From positions 1,184,001 through 1,248,000 of the forward strand of contig CM000434.1 of the NCBI GenBank assembly GCA_000165345.1: 64,000 nucleotides of DNA, read 5' to 3'. The notes under the pieces were generated by a model. The model was not told the origin of the DNA. It searched no databases and was given only the letters and a program-made list of their open reading frames with translations. A program made the position numbers and the translations under genes. The first letter of the stretch is position 1, and every line of letters starts with the position of its first letter. Positions 1-10,457 of the stretch are shown piece by piece.

Positions 1-43
1 ATCCTCCAATTCTTATATACACACGCACACACACAAATTAACA

Positions 44-280
44 GACTAAAGTCTCACTTTCTCCTTATTCTCGCCCCTTTTTAATATTTGTAATGAAAAT
101 TCTTTCAGCTTTAGTTCCTCTTCTTCTCTTTCTACAGCTCCCTCTTACTCTTCTCTTCCCTTTCTGTCTATTTCACTCTACCACTACCACTCCTTGCACC
201 TTGTTTAATTTTAATCCACCTATTTTTTTCTCTCCTTTACATTGTCCTCCCAATTATATTATCCTTCCTTTAAAATAAAA
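44..280. repeat. Polypyrimidine (CT-rich) low-complexity tract, preceded by a short (CA)n run at 18-38
   Basis: Direct reading: the + strand is almost exclusively C/T (ctttctcc..., ctcttcttctctttctac...). The ORF 93-278 is a translation artefact of this tract. Confidence 0.6.
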
Positions 281-320
281 CCCGCCAAAACATGCAAAGC
301 CCGCCCTCGGGCGCGCTCTG
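281..320. promoter_or_regulatory. GC-rich promoter block: CCCGCC, CATGCAAAG, CCCGCCC, TCGGGCGCGC (E2F-like)
   Basis: It is the only GC-rich island in an AT-rich spacer and lies 45 bp upstream of the ATG at 366. The motif class matches the GGCGC(C/G) elements seen in other promoters of this window. Confidence 0.5.
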
Positions 321-365
321 TGAGTTTATTCAATATTTAATTATTGCCAAAGAATAATTAATATT

Positions 366-578
366 ATGGATAATAGTGGTAAAGAAGAACATTCTGCTTT
401 CAGCTCAGAGTTTGATGGGTTCCTCAAGGAATTAGATTTAGCCTTGAAGCAGACAGTAAAAGAACATGAAAAAGAAATTACTAAGACAAGGGTGGATCAA
501 AAGGTTAATGATTATAATGCTTCTATAGAGCTTATATTGAACAAGGCGAAAAAAATCTTAGATTCCATAGAATCCTAG
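366..578 (+). CDS. Small coiled-coil protein (70 aa), function unknown
   Basis: Complete ORF, preceded by a GC-rich promoter-like block. The sequence is K/E-rich and predicted helical. No family recognised. Confidence 0.35.
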   Translation: MDNSGKEEHSAFSSEFDGFLKELDLALKQTVKEHEKEITKTRVDQKVNDYNASIELILNKAKKILDSIES

Positions 579-867
579 AAAGGATGAAGTATATATTTTA
601 TTCAGTTGTAAATCATCCTCTCGTTAATTTTGATAAAATTTTACAAAAAGGAACTATAGAAAACAAAAGATTAATTAGTCTAATTGTTATATATACGTAT
701 AAATATATATATTTTATTACTACAAAAATATTCATTATTAAAATAATTGTCCAGTTCTCTAATTAAAAAGCTTATTAAGTTAAATAAAGAATTAGGTATT
801 CCATTGATTCATTGATTCATTTCATTTCTCTTATACCTTTGTAAATTCATATGAGTTGCAGATGATA

Positions 868-3800
868 TTAAAATAGATCATCAGTTGCAGCTCTAGCAAT
901 ATCGACCATAAAGAAGTTCCTAGTAGCTTCGTGTAGTTTATGATCAAATACTATAGAAGTTTGTTTCTTATCTTGTTTTAGCTTCTGGGAATGGCTTCTT
1001 TGCGTCTTTTTTCTTGGGATTCTCCGAATTTTAACAATTGACTCTGTTTCAGTTATATTCTGGAAGGAGGTATCTGTTCCTGAAGGACAGATAAATTTGG
1101 AATAACTTCTAGGTATTCCTGGTCTATATAGTATTTCTAAGGAATTGACAGAATAAGAAGATTTTGAAGATGAGGAGTCAAATTCCAAAATGCCAGATGA
1201 ATCTCCCTTGGATATGGTCTTTGTTTCTGAATCAAGAGTTGAATTGGGTGATAATGAACCATTCTCGGAAAATTCGGATGATCTTCTACAAACTCCAAGT
1301 CTATATGAGAATAATGCATTGCTATTGGAAAATAAATCAATGTTTGATGGTCCAAATTCTAAACTGCTTGTATCGGAAGCGATTACTGGTGCTAAAGATG
1401 ATATATTCGTGGGAGATGAGTTGGGTCTTACTTCAAGAAGCATCATTTCATACTCCATTGTGAGGTCAGAACAACGCTCAGAAGAGTAAAATGGCTTTCT
1501 AATAATAGAATTGGTATTGGAGAATGCATGTAGACTTGAACCTGGCACATTATCAAGACACCATAGAGATCCTAATACTTCTTCCATATAAAGATTGAAA
1601 TGTTTGATTAAAGGTTGCTGATTCCAAGTAAGGATATCATCATAATTGGCAGTACGGCCAATAATCTCTGTAATATCTTTAACTGATAGAAACTCTACCC
1701 GTTTTAGGGTATTCTTTGGTAAGAATTTGATATTCGTTAAGTATTTGTTGCATTCTTTGTCAAATTCTGATTGGCTCATAAGCTTACAAGCTGCAACAAT
1801 ATTAGCACATTGCGCCAATCTACCAGAATCTTTAATATGAGGTCCAATAACTCTTAACCATGTGGATCGAACATTTCTGATAGGATCAGAAGCAAGTAAT
1901 ATGAGAGGATTAAGGAAATAGGCATAAAAGAATCCTCTAGGAATATCTCTAATAAAGCGATCACACATTTGTATAAACTCTTGTCTATGATGGTATTTGG
2001 TTGAGATTGCAAATGTTTTAAGGATACACCAAATTAGAGCTAATTCATTGAATAACTTACAGTTACCATTTTCTCCGTCTAGAGAAAACAATACTCGAAG
2101 TTTCTCTGAAAATTTGGGGTAAGTATCATTAAAATTTGCATTTGTGATTTGGACCTGATTATAATTATTATTGCTAATAAATCCATTAAATCCATTGATA
2201 ATTTCAGAATTAGTAGCAGAACCAGTAATTTCTCCATTTCCCTTTCTTAAAGCCTTAGATGAACTTGGGGAGAAGTTATAAATAGATGAATATATTATGG
2301 ACGAGTTTTGTTTATGAATATATAGCGGTTGGAAACTCTTATATAGGATATCATTAACATCTTTATTTTGCTTTTCAGAGCCACTGATTGAAGAAGAAAG
2401 ATCTTTGTTCTCCTCTTTTGATTCAAAGGATTTAGAGTTTCCAGTCACATTCACAGTGGTCACGGAGCAAGAGGTATCAATAGGATTGGAAGAGGAAGGA
2501 GTTGGTGAGGAAGCTGAAGTAGATGAAGATGACGTGGAAACTGATGAAATAACCTGAATATCTTTTTTAGGGCCAGAAGTGGATTCTGGAGAATGAATTG
2601 GATTCGGAAGATCGTGGACATTACCCCCATTTTGGAAGAAGTGCCAAAGGAACGGTGAAGATATTCTTAAAAGAGAGGAAATACTGTTTATAGCAGTTTT
2701 TCTAACTTCAGAAACTGGATCAAGAAGTAGCGAAAAAGCTACCGGGGATAAGTATTCTTGAGCAAATCTTCCAGTAAAAAGCTCCTGGGAAGTCTCTGAA
2801 TGTCTCCTAATTTCCATATTCCTTAAGTGGAGATCTATACAAATCTTTCTGATCTGGTTAGCTAAGATATTTCTGCATCTCCAGTCAATTCGGCAAGAAT
2901 TAAGTAGGTCAGGGAACTTTTTAATGAGTGGTTCCACGTGTTCCTTATGAGGAAGGCATTTAATTATGTCTGAAAGACAGCCAAATATGGCTCTTTTTAC
3001 ATAGATGTCGCTATCATCCAATAGTTTCCCAATGATATCATGCAAGAATGGTAGAATATCTGTACGAAGATGACAGCCTTTGGAACATGGAAGCTTGAAG
3101 GGGGAGCCTATTAGAAGACATTTGGCAGGTTCTTGATTAATATTGTTAAAGAACATGTCAGCTCCCTTTTCAATAGTGTTACAAAACTCTTTTTCTTTCT
3201 TAATCTCTGCACTACTTTTCTCGCTTCTCTCCTTGTCCATTGTACCGCTTTTACTCATGTTGGATGAATCTGATAAAGGAATATTCTGCAACAAGGAAGT
3301 GGAGCGAATAAGATGAGAATGAGATCTATCTCCACAAGAAAGTGCAGTTGCTAGAATTAAAGACATAGAAGCGGCAATTGGAAGCCTTACTGAATAATGA
3401 GGGCTCTCAACAAGATGAGCCAAAAGCTTAGAAAACTCAGGCCAGCTGTTGGGGCCCATACGTGAGAACACGGAGGCGAAGCTATAAGAGCAAAAGTAAG
3501 ATGGTCCATTGAACTCAAGCTCTCTAAATGTTAGCCCCAAATTACTCCCAAATGGAAGCAAAGAAATCTCCTCATGCTTTGTTTGAATATCCATTGTCGC
3601 AGATGACTTTCTGCTGCCAAATTTCTCTATATGGTCTCTAGAAGCCTGATCATCCTCTTCTGTGCCCTGTCTATTGCAAACCTGACTATCCTCATCCGTT
3701 TTAGAGACCTTGGAATCAATATCTGAGATCACTATATTCTCATCTGCTTCAGAAGACACTCCCATAGCCAAATATATATCAAGAATCTCCCTTGGGACAC

Positions 3801-4731
3801 ATTCTGGGTCCCTAAATAAAGTAATTAAAGGGCCAACCTGTTTGTTTATATCGTTGATAAGGTCTTTATCAGATATATTCCTCAAAATCTCAATTAGGAA
3901 AGTAGAAAAATCGCTGCTATCAATAGTTTTTATGCTGCTGAAGATGCCAATAATCACTTTTACTGCACATTTCCTAACTGCTTTCGAGTCATATAGTAAT
4001 AAACGCTTGAAAACTGTAAATAGCTCTGAAAAGCTCTGAGTAATTCGAATTACCTCACAAAGATTCATAACTGTAAACATTCGGACTCTCTCACTGTGAT
4101 CATCTGCTAAACATTTAATTTGAGGAACTATAAATTGCATGCAAATATCTTTGCCCATATACTCAGCTAAACCATTCAACATCCAAGATGCTAAACATCT
4201 CGAGTCCTCATTATCTAAGTCATTCGCAAGAGCCAAACTAATAGATAAAATGGAATGAACTCTATCTGAATGCCTTAAATGGGAACATAATGTTATACCA
4301 ACATGGCAAGCAGCCTCTTTAATAGAAATGCTTGTATTTTGAATATCACCCTTCAAAACATCCTTTATTATTGGAATAATAGTCGATAAAACCACATTGT
4401 AACCTTTTTCCAAATCAGATTGTACCAAAAACCCAACTAAATCACCCAAAATACTCAATACTCCTCGCCTTACATCCTCGTCGTTGTCTTTAATTAACCT
4501 CCCTAATATTGGTAACAAAGTACTCGTCGCCTTGGAATACCCAACATCGTGGCAAATATCTATAAACTCTCTAATCAAAACCAACCGTTGTAGAACAACC
4601 TTCGAATTTGAATACTTTATAGCTCTATCTAATGGAGAATAACTTTCTGTTGCACTCCTTAGTAAAGATCTATCGTAGCTCAGTCGCTCCATTGAAGAAG
4701 CCGACGAACTGGCTACTGAGAATTTTGCCAT
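868..4731 (-). CDS. HEAT/ARM-repeat protein (1287 aa) with disordered S/T-rich middle; resembles the PP4 regulatory subunit 1 (PP4R1) class
   Basis: Long uninterrupted ORF. Repeated LLPxxxxLxxDxxxxVRxxxxxxL HEAT-like units occur at both ends (e.g. LLPILGRLIKDNDEDVRRGVLSILGDLVGF, DPVSEVRKTAINSISSLL, DPIRNVRSTWLRVIGPHI). A low-complexity Ser-rich core separates them. The PP4R1 assignment rests only on architecture similarity. Confidence 0.7.
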   Translation of the reverse strand: MAKFSVASSSASSMERLSYDRSLLRSATESYSPLDRAIKYSNSKVVLQRLVLIREFIDICHDVGYSKATSTLLPILGRLIKDNDEDVRRGVLSILGDLVGFLVQSDLEKGYNVVLSTIIPIIKDVLKGDIQNTSISIKEAACHVGITLCSHLRHSDRVHSILSISLALANDLDNEDSRCLASWMLNGLAEYMGKDICMQFIVPQIKCLADDHSERVRMFTVMNLCEVIRITQSFSELFTVFKRLLLYDSKAVRKCAVKVIIGIFSSIKTIDSSDFSTFLIEILRNISDKDLINDINKQVGPLITLFRDPECVPREILDIYLAMGVSSEADENIVISDIDSKVSKTDEDSQVCNRQGTEEDDQASRDHIEKFGSRKSSATMDIQTKHEEISLLPFGSNLGLTFRELEFNGPSYFCSYSFASVFSRMGPNSWPEFSKLLAHLVESPHYSVRLPIAASMSLILATALSCGDRSHSHLIRSTSLLQNIPLSDSSNMSKSGTMDKERSEKSSAEIKKEKEFCNTIEKGADMFFNNINQEPAKCLLIGSPFKLPCSKGCHLRTDILPFLHDIIGKLLDDSDIYVKRAIFGCLSDIIKCLPHKEHVEPLIKKFPDLLNSCRIDWRCRNILANQIRKICIDLHLRNMEIRRHSETSQELFTGRFAQEYLSPVAFSLLLDPVSEVRKTAINSISSLLRISSPFLWHFFQNGGNVHDLPNPIHSPESTSGPKKDIQVISSVSTSSSSTSASSPTPSSSNPIDTSCSVTTVNVTGNSKSFESKEENKDLSSSISGSEKQNKDVNDILYKSFQPLYIHKQNSSIIYSSIYNFSPSSSKALRKGNGEITGSATNSEIINGFNGFISNNNYNQVQITNANFNDTYPKFSEKLRVLFSLDGENGNCKLFNELALIWCILKTFAISTKYHHRQEFIQMCDRFIRDIPRGFFYAYFLNPLILLASDPIRNVRSTWLRVIGPHIKDSGRLAQCANIVAACKLMSQSEFDKECNKYLTNIKFLPKNTLKRVEFLSVKDITEIIGRTANYDDILTWNQQPLIKHFNLYMEEVLGSLWCLDNVPGSSLHAFSNTNSIIRKPFYSSERCSDLTMEYEMMLLEVRPNSSPTNISSLAPVIASDTSSLEFGPSNIDLFSNSNALFSYRLGVCRRSSEFSENGSLSPNSTLDSETKTISKGDSSGILEFDSSSSKSSYSVNSLEILYRPGIPRSYSKFICPSGTDTSFQNITETESIVKIRRIPRKKTQRSHSQKLKQDKKQTSIVFDHKLHEATRNFFMVDIARAATDDLF

Positions 4732-5294
4732 ATGCCTAACAGTTTGAGTTCTTCATCTTTTTTCTCGTTAATTTTAGAGCTATTTGATCATTCACGCTCA
4801 ATTTGTAGCTTTCTGCAAAAATTTACCCTTATTTCCTTCTCTTCTACTCTCCACTGTCTTGGATAAAAGACCCGCCCAAGAATTAAGCCTTAAAAACTTG
4901 CCAAGTGTTCCCAATATGTACACATAAAAAATATATATATATTTATTATATTGATTCCAAATAATTCCCAGTTTTTCAATCTTTAGAAGCCAGAGCTGGG
5001 ATACTCTACCAATTTTTTCACAGCTTTCTTTCCCAAAATTGGTCAAATTCAAATTTGGTATTTTAGTTTTTTTTTTACTGTCGGCCGCTTATTTTTCTAT
5101 ACTATTGGTTAAAGGCCTTCCTTGGCTTCTAAGCTTAATTTTTCTAAATACTTCAATATTGAAATTTTCTTTTATCAAGAACCTCCGTAATTCTTACTTT
5201 TGAGGGTAAAGGCTACTTTGAATAACTGCCAATTCCAATTTTTTCAAATTACTCCGTAAAGCCTCTTAATTTGCTTGTATATTATAATTTGTCA

Positions 5295-5366
5295 ATGCAT
5301 GCTATTTCTGGCCCAAATGCATGCACACTAAAATCCGAGCTTAATTCCCGCTTGCATGCAATGCAG
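5295..5366. promoter_or_regulatory. Cluster of three GCATGC motifs (TGCATGC 5296-5302, ATGCATGCA 5318-5326, TGCATGCAATGCAG 5353-5366) just upstream of, and abutting, the likely DPH7 start codon
   Basis: The motif class recurs in other promoters here. It lies inside the 5' part of the naive ORF (5271), which argues for the downstream ATG at 5361. Confidence 0.45.
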
Positions 5367-6565
5367 ATTCTAAAATTCGAGCATCCAGCTGACTGTATTT
5401 ATATGAATGGCGTGGATAATCGACACTTTGGAGTTGGTCTTTACTGCCTTGAGGATGCAGAGTCTCAACACAGAATTGGGGGAATCAATATATATGACAT
5501 CCAGTCAGTTCTGGAGATTCATGATGGCCACCCAAATTATTCCTCTAAAACTGCAGAAAATGTAGAGCACAAACCCAAAATGTATATCAATGCAGAATCA
5601 GGAGTCGTTAATTTTGAATGGGACCCTAAAGATGTAAACCTTAACAATCCGGACTTTACCCACATTACTTGTCTCTGTTCAGATAAGAGCCTTAAACTAT
5701 TTAGAATAGACTCAGATTTTTGCAGCTATAAGCTTCTTAATTCTGTTAGGTCTGAAAATATAGACAATAACAACCATATAATTGGACTAGACCTGTCTTG
5801 TATTTATTCTAATGGTACCAGGTAAGCTAATATAGGTTGGAGAAAAAGGGGAAAGAGAAAAAACCTTTTTTTTCATCCTAAATTTCCATCCTAATTTCTA
5901 TATCTCTTGAATAACCTAACTCCTTTGAATCTTTGAATTCTAATTTTAGAAAAACCTGCTATAGCATTTCAGACGGAAGAGTTTTCATTATTAGAAACTC
6001 TGAAATCATTGAAAACGAATTCTATGCTCATCCAAATACTGAAGTATGGACAGTGTCATTTCTTGATCCAGAGGGAAATCTCCTGGCAACAGGAGCTGAC
6101 GATTGCTCTTTATCTTTATGGGATCTCAGAACAAGTTGTATTGATGAGCCAATAATGAAGAACAAGAAATCCCATTCTATGGGTGTAACTTGTATCCAAA
6201 AGTCGAATAGAAATCATCAATTTTGGTCAGGAAGTTACGACGAAACCCTTAGATTCTGGGATTTTAGGATGATAAACTCTCCTATTTATGAGCACAAAAC
6301 TAATGGAGGAATTTGGAGAATTAACCAATTTGAAGATTACCTTGGAATGGCACAATGTTATTATGGTCTTGAATACTTGAAATTAGATCCAAATTTGAAT
6401 GTTGAAAAACAATATATTTCTGTCCCAAACGATTCAGAAAGTCAATTTTCTCACAATTCCATAGTATATGGAATTGACACATTTAGAATGAATAACACAC
6501 TTTTTGGTTTTAGTTGTAGTTTCTACGATAAAACTGCACTTATCTTCCAAATTCTGGAAGAATAA
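5361..6565 (+). CDS. DPH7: Diphthine methyl ester hydrolase DPH7/WDR85 (WD40); two exons 5361-5821 and 5950-6565; intron 5822-5949 (GTAAGC...TTTTAG)
   Basis: Exon 2 aligns closely with human DPH7. Examples: KSHSMGVTCIQKS against KRHTMGVCSIQSS; SGSYDETLRFWDFR against TGSYDEHILLWDTR; GGIWRINQF against GGVWRIKWH; VYGIDTF against VYGADWS; SCSFYDKTALIFQ against TCSFYDHALHLWE. Exon 1 is in a different frame and joins with correct phase through a canonical intron. Start codon uncertain (5271, 5361 or 5406). Confidence 0.8.
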
Positions 6566-6716
6566 TGCATATTCACACAATGAATATCTTCATCATTTCA
6601 TTTCCTTCAACTCATTTCATATAAACATCGCTTCCTGAATTTTTCTTATTCACTTATCTTGGGCTGAATTATTTGATTAAATCTTATATATAATTGATTT
6701 ATATTTAACTCTGACT

Positions 6717-6740
6717 TTGGCGCCAAAATGGTCCGGTATT
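6717..6740. promoter_or_regulatory. TTGGCGCCAAAATGGTCCGGTATT: GGCGCC (6719-6724) plus CCGGTA element
   Basis: 85 bp upstream of the ATG at 6825. Same bipartite pattern as in other promoters of the window. Confidence 0.5.
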
Positions 6741-6824
6741 AATAGAAATTACAAAGAATATTAAAATTACCAAGGTAGACAAAATTTGCTAGTACAAAAA
6801 GTTTGACTAAAAAGAGAGAGGAAA

Positions 6825-7352
6825 ATGGGTTCAAGCGATAAGGAACTTTCTGCTCTCAGAAGTAACATTAAGGAAAAGGGAGAATTTAGTTATTATTATG
6901 CTCACAAGAACAATTCTCAAGACCTCAAGGATGCAAAGATCTTTGAAGGACCAGGAATAGTAACGGGAGGACAGCCAATTTTGCTGCATAAAGATGATGA
7001 AAAAGAGCCTGTCTCTGACAAGCCTCGAAGTGTTCAGATTAAAAAGTATTCATGGTCAGACTGTGGAGAAAGTATTGAGATTTATATAAGCTTACAGGAT
7101 CTAGCCGAATTGATATCCAGTAAATCACCTCTTGAAATAGCAGGGAAACCAAATTTGGAAGTAACAAATAATACAATTTCATTGGAAGTTTTATCTGAAA
7201 ATACTAACTTCCTTTTTAAAATTGCAAACCTTTCTAACCCTATAGACTCACAACTTTCTAGAGTCAAAGTTTCAGCTAAAAGAATAACAATTATCTGTTT
7301 CAAAGAAGACTCTGAGTTGAAGTGGAACTCCCTTTGTAGGCCAATGTTATAA
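6825..7352 (+). CDS. CS-domain protein, calcyclin-binding protein/SIP (CacyBP)-like, 175 aa
   Basis: IKKYSWSDCGESIEIYISL...KIANLSNPIDSQLSRVKVSAKRITIICFKEDSELKWNSL parallels the CacyBP CS domain (YGWDQSDKFVKIYITL...[35 protein letters not shown]). Confidence 0.7.
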   Translation: MGSSDKELSALRSNIKEKGEFSYYYAHKNNSQDLKDAKIFEGPGIVTGGQPILLHKDDEKEPVSDKPRSVQIKKYSWSDCGESIEIYISLQDLAELISSKSPLEIAGKPNLEVTNNTISLEVLSENTNFLFKIANLSNPIDSQLSRVKVSAKRITIICFKEDSELKWNSLCRPML

Positions 7353-7651
7353 TTTTAAGTTTTGGATTAAATAAGTTACATTAATTTTCTAAATTGATTA
7401 TTTCTTTTTCTTTTATTAGTTCCTTGCCTTTTCCTCCCTCCTGACTTATTCTTGATTATATTGTGTCAACAAAGATCTTTATGGAATTATTGATCATACT
7501 AATAAGTACTTCAAAACTAATATATATTTTTTCCATCCTCAATGTTTAAGCTACTTAGAGTCTTTTGTTGTATAGGTATTCTTTTCAATCTCGCTCTAAT
7601 TAATTGAGTAAAAATTTGAATAAATAAATTAATAAACATCTTTAAAAAAAC

Positions 7652-8570
7652 TTACCCGCATGTTGAACAGATTGGAGCTTTAAATCTTGAACAAAATATT
7701 GATAAGCAAGATGAGCATACATATCCTATTTCAATTTTCTGATGATGACAGAAACATACAGCCAAACCTGTCTGCTTTGTTTTATTAATAGAAATAAAAA
7801 TCTCCTCACGTGCCTGAATAGAAGGTAATAAATGAAAAATCAAAAAAGGAGTCAATCCCTGATCCAACCAATGATGATCCTCCTTATTTATTTCAATGTT
7901 ACTCTCTGCCAAAGAGTCTACAATTTGAGAATACTTTAAATTTAAACCATTACATATATCAACTAAATTATTCAATAAAGGAGATGGATTCCTTGTAACA
8001 CTCACAACATCAATCACCACATCCTGATTCAAAATATTACAATTAATTCAATGTTTAATAATATATGAATAAATAACTTACCAATTTTTGTGATGCAAAC
8101 CCACAATTCAGCAAAGATACATACTGAGAAATATATTCATCTTTATTTGAAGCATCTAACAGTATAATACGATCTTTTTCTGACCTATTATATCCAAACT
8201 TCTTTCTTGTACTATTAATCTTACACAAACACTTTGAAATGGTTGGGCTCATCTTCATCTCGCCCAATGAAATTCTTTCTGAAATCTCCTCTAACATCTT
8301 TGGCATTATCTCAAATTGTAACTCCTTTGTCAAGCCAGATATAAAACCATCAAACAACAAATTCTCGCCTTTTGAGTCGCATAGATATATATTCAGCTTC
8401 TTTTTCTGACCAGTACTAAGATTATATAGCCTTGTGAATTGAAATATTGAATTCAGTACGCATTCTCCCGAAACCAATAAGTTACTTTGAGCATTTGATT
8501 GACTTTCTCCAGTATCCTCATATCTAAATAAACTTCTTGAATCCAGAATTATATATAAAGTCCCCTCCAT
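7652..8570 (-). CDS. TFB4: TFIIH subunit p34/Tfb4 (GTF2H3); exons 8082-8570 and 7652-8023; 58-bp intron 8024-8081 (GTAAGT...AATCAG)
   Basis: The C-terminal zinc motif [35 protein letters not shown] matches GTF2H3 ([32 protein letters not shown]). The two minus-strand ORFs join in phase across the canonical intron. Confidence 0.8.
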
Positions 8571-8620
8571 AGCCTACTTTTTCATTTATCGTTACTTTGA
8601 AATTACCACTTTAATTCCAA

Positions 8621-8630
8621 ATTGGCGCCA
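8621..8630. promoter_or_regulatory. ATTGGCGCCA (GGCGCC 8624-8629), E2F-like palindrome
   Basis: About 50 bp upstream of the TFIIH p34 start, in a short spacer. Confidence 0.45.
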
Positions 8631-8679
8631 ACATTGGAATGATTTTTGTGATCTCAAGACTATTCTAACTTGAATATTT

Positions 8680-9591
8680 TCATGATTTATCACTATAATA
8701 TTCGCTACTATCATCTTCCTTAATATGTTCTAGCTGACTAAACAGTTCACTTGCATTGCTTGGCTTTGGATTATATATTGATCTAGAAGTAAGTTTTTCC
8801 CTTGATTCAATCAAAGGTGACTGTTCATTCTCATCAAGTTCATTATCTTGACTGTATCCTGCATCTCTCAACTCACTGCTAAGACTTTTGTACTTAGAAT
8901 AACTGTTTCTGGGACTTCTACTGATGAGTGAAATTGGCTTCCTTAGTGAGGGCAAATTGATTCCATAATTATAATCTGTAAATGTATGCATTGTTTGTAA
9001 TCTATTACTAACTAATTTATTAATTCCTTGTTCCATTGCATCACTCTTGTTACTAAATCTCTGCATCTCTGTTACATTAATACTTTGAGAATCACTAGTA
9101 ATACCATTATCTTCTGAAGCCATTTGCAGAATTTCGACCATGTACATTCTTAATTGCTCGGATGAAAGACTTGCATAAGTTGGAAGTAGAGTTCCAACTC
9201 CTTGTACAAAATGAGTTCTTACTTGTGTTTCATCAAAACCACTAACTAGTTCCATTATATCTCTTGTTGGCACAATTTTATCATTAAGACTTTGTACAAT
9301 CATCAGACTTTGAAATCTTTCAGGCTCTAATTCCATTCTACTAAACGTAAATCTTCTAAAGTTTATGATAGATGGAGAAAACATTATCACAGGAACTTTG
9401 CTTATCCTTGAGTTTACCTTGCTCACGCTAACTGCTGAAAAATCTGACGTCATAATTATCTCAGGCTTGAAGGCCAATATATTCTTTTCTATTATATCTT
9501 TTGCAACATTTGCACAACGCTTCAATACTATTATCCCAGTTATTCTATACCCTACAATGATTAGAAAAGCCTTTGATTTTTTTTTGTTTTT
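8680..9591 (-). CDS. Hypothetical protein, 3' exon; 5' end unresolved
   Basis: The reading frame stays open upstream of the TTG that the ORF track used as a start, up to a TAA at 9592-9594. No in-frame ATG lies in this stretch, so an upstream exon is required. GTAAGT donors exist on the minus strand near 9626 and 9750, but the phase could not be reconciled. No family confidently recognised. Confidence 0.4.
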   Translation of the reverse strand, partial: KNKKKSKAFLIIVGYRITGIIVLKRCANVAKDIIEKNILAFKPEIIMTSDFSAVSVSKVNSRISKVPVIMFSPSIINFRRFTFSRMELEPERFQSLMIVQSLNDKIVPTRDIMELVSGFDETQVRTHFVQGVGTLLPTYASLSSEQLRMYMVEILQMASEDNGITSDSQSINVTEMQRFSNKSDAMEQGINKLVSNRLQTMHTFTDYNYGINLPSLRKPISLISRSPRNSYSKYKSLSSELRDAGYSQDNELDENEQSPLIESREKLTSRSIYNPKPSNASELFSQLEHIKEDDSSEYYSDKS

Positions 9592-10204
9592 TTAATCTTA
9601 ATCAAATTGAAAATATTTTAAACTTACCATTAAGATTGGTAACACAATCTTCAATCCAAGATTAAAAGATACCAAGAATTCAACTATTCTGTATTATAAG
9701 AAATATAATTAAATTGTTTTTTTCCTAAATTTATTTAATTTAAAACTTACATTAATACTATAAAAATCAGCAATGATATAGCAACATATGAAGTCTTGGA
9801 CCTTATTATTAAAGTTTGATACCTCAAATCTGGAGACCGAATGTATGAAACTCCAACAATCTCCTCTACTTGCTTCTTTCTATATGACTTATAATTATCA
9901 TAGAATCTGCAAAAAAAAAAAATCATTATTATTATTAGAAAATAAGAAAATATTTCTATCATATATTATTGAATTTAATCAACTTCAAACTCACCCATGA
10001 AGATATAATACTCGAATCCCATTCAAATTATCCATTATTCTCGCTATCTCAGTATATTATTCACACTAATTATCCTAAAAACTTTACTATTTCTTGGCAT
10101 TCCAATTCTTAAACTCGATAAAATCCGAAACTTCAACATAATCCTCTTCTTTTTTATGACTCTATTTTTCCATCAACTACTTTTCACAAGTGCCACAAAT
10201 TTGC

Positions 10205-10232
10205 AATGCATGCAGCCCCCTTTGCATGTTTC
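10205..10232. promoter_or_regulatory. GCAATGCATGCAGCCCCCTTTGCATG: TGCATGCA palindrome plus GC-rich block
   Basis: GC-rich island in the spacer upstream of the 8680-9591 gene. The ORF 10173-10364 (-) over it is probably a GC artefact. Confidence 0.4.
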
Positions 10233-10457
10233 CCTTTTGACTGCTATGCCGTCATTCATGCAATGACATAAGTTTTGCCGCCATACGTGGCAGTGTATGT
10301 AAACCTCCCACATGCACAAAGAATAAACTACATTTGAGAAAATAATAAGAAGAAAATTATTCAATATACTATACTGGGAATCTATGTACTAAATGAGAGT
10401 TGCTAATCAATATAAGATGGATGACTCATCTTTTGTGCAATTCTTATAACTAGAAAC

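Noticed and set aside
1137-4039. Several 60-110 aa ORFs nested in or antisense to the HEAT-repeat gene, and likewise inside CCT2, ribophorin I, the 10458-12485 kinase, SPT6 and other genes
   Set aside because: They are entirely contained within long, well-supported ORFs on the opposite strand or in another frame.
4798-5052. 84-aa ORF on the minus strand in the HEAT/DPH7 spacer
   Set aside because: It lies in a divergent promoter region. It contains (TA)-rich runs and no recognisable protein features, so it is most likely spurious.
9747-9962. 71-aa hydrophobic minus-strand ORF as a definite upstream exon (signal/TM) of the 8680 gene
   Set aside because: Its GTAAGT donor is in phase 2, but no acceptor with compatible phase was found before the in-frame TAA at 9592-9594. 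Kept only as a possibility.
10173-10364. 63-aa Cys/His-rich minus-strand ORF
   Set aside because: It overlaps the GC-rich GCATGC/GCC promoter island, so its Cys/His content reflects motif composition. There is no start context and no domain.
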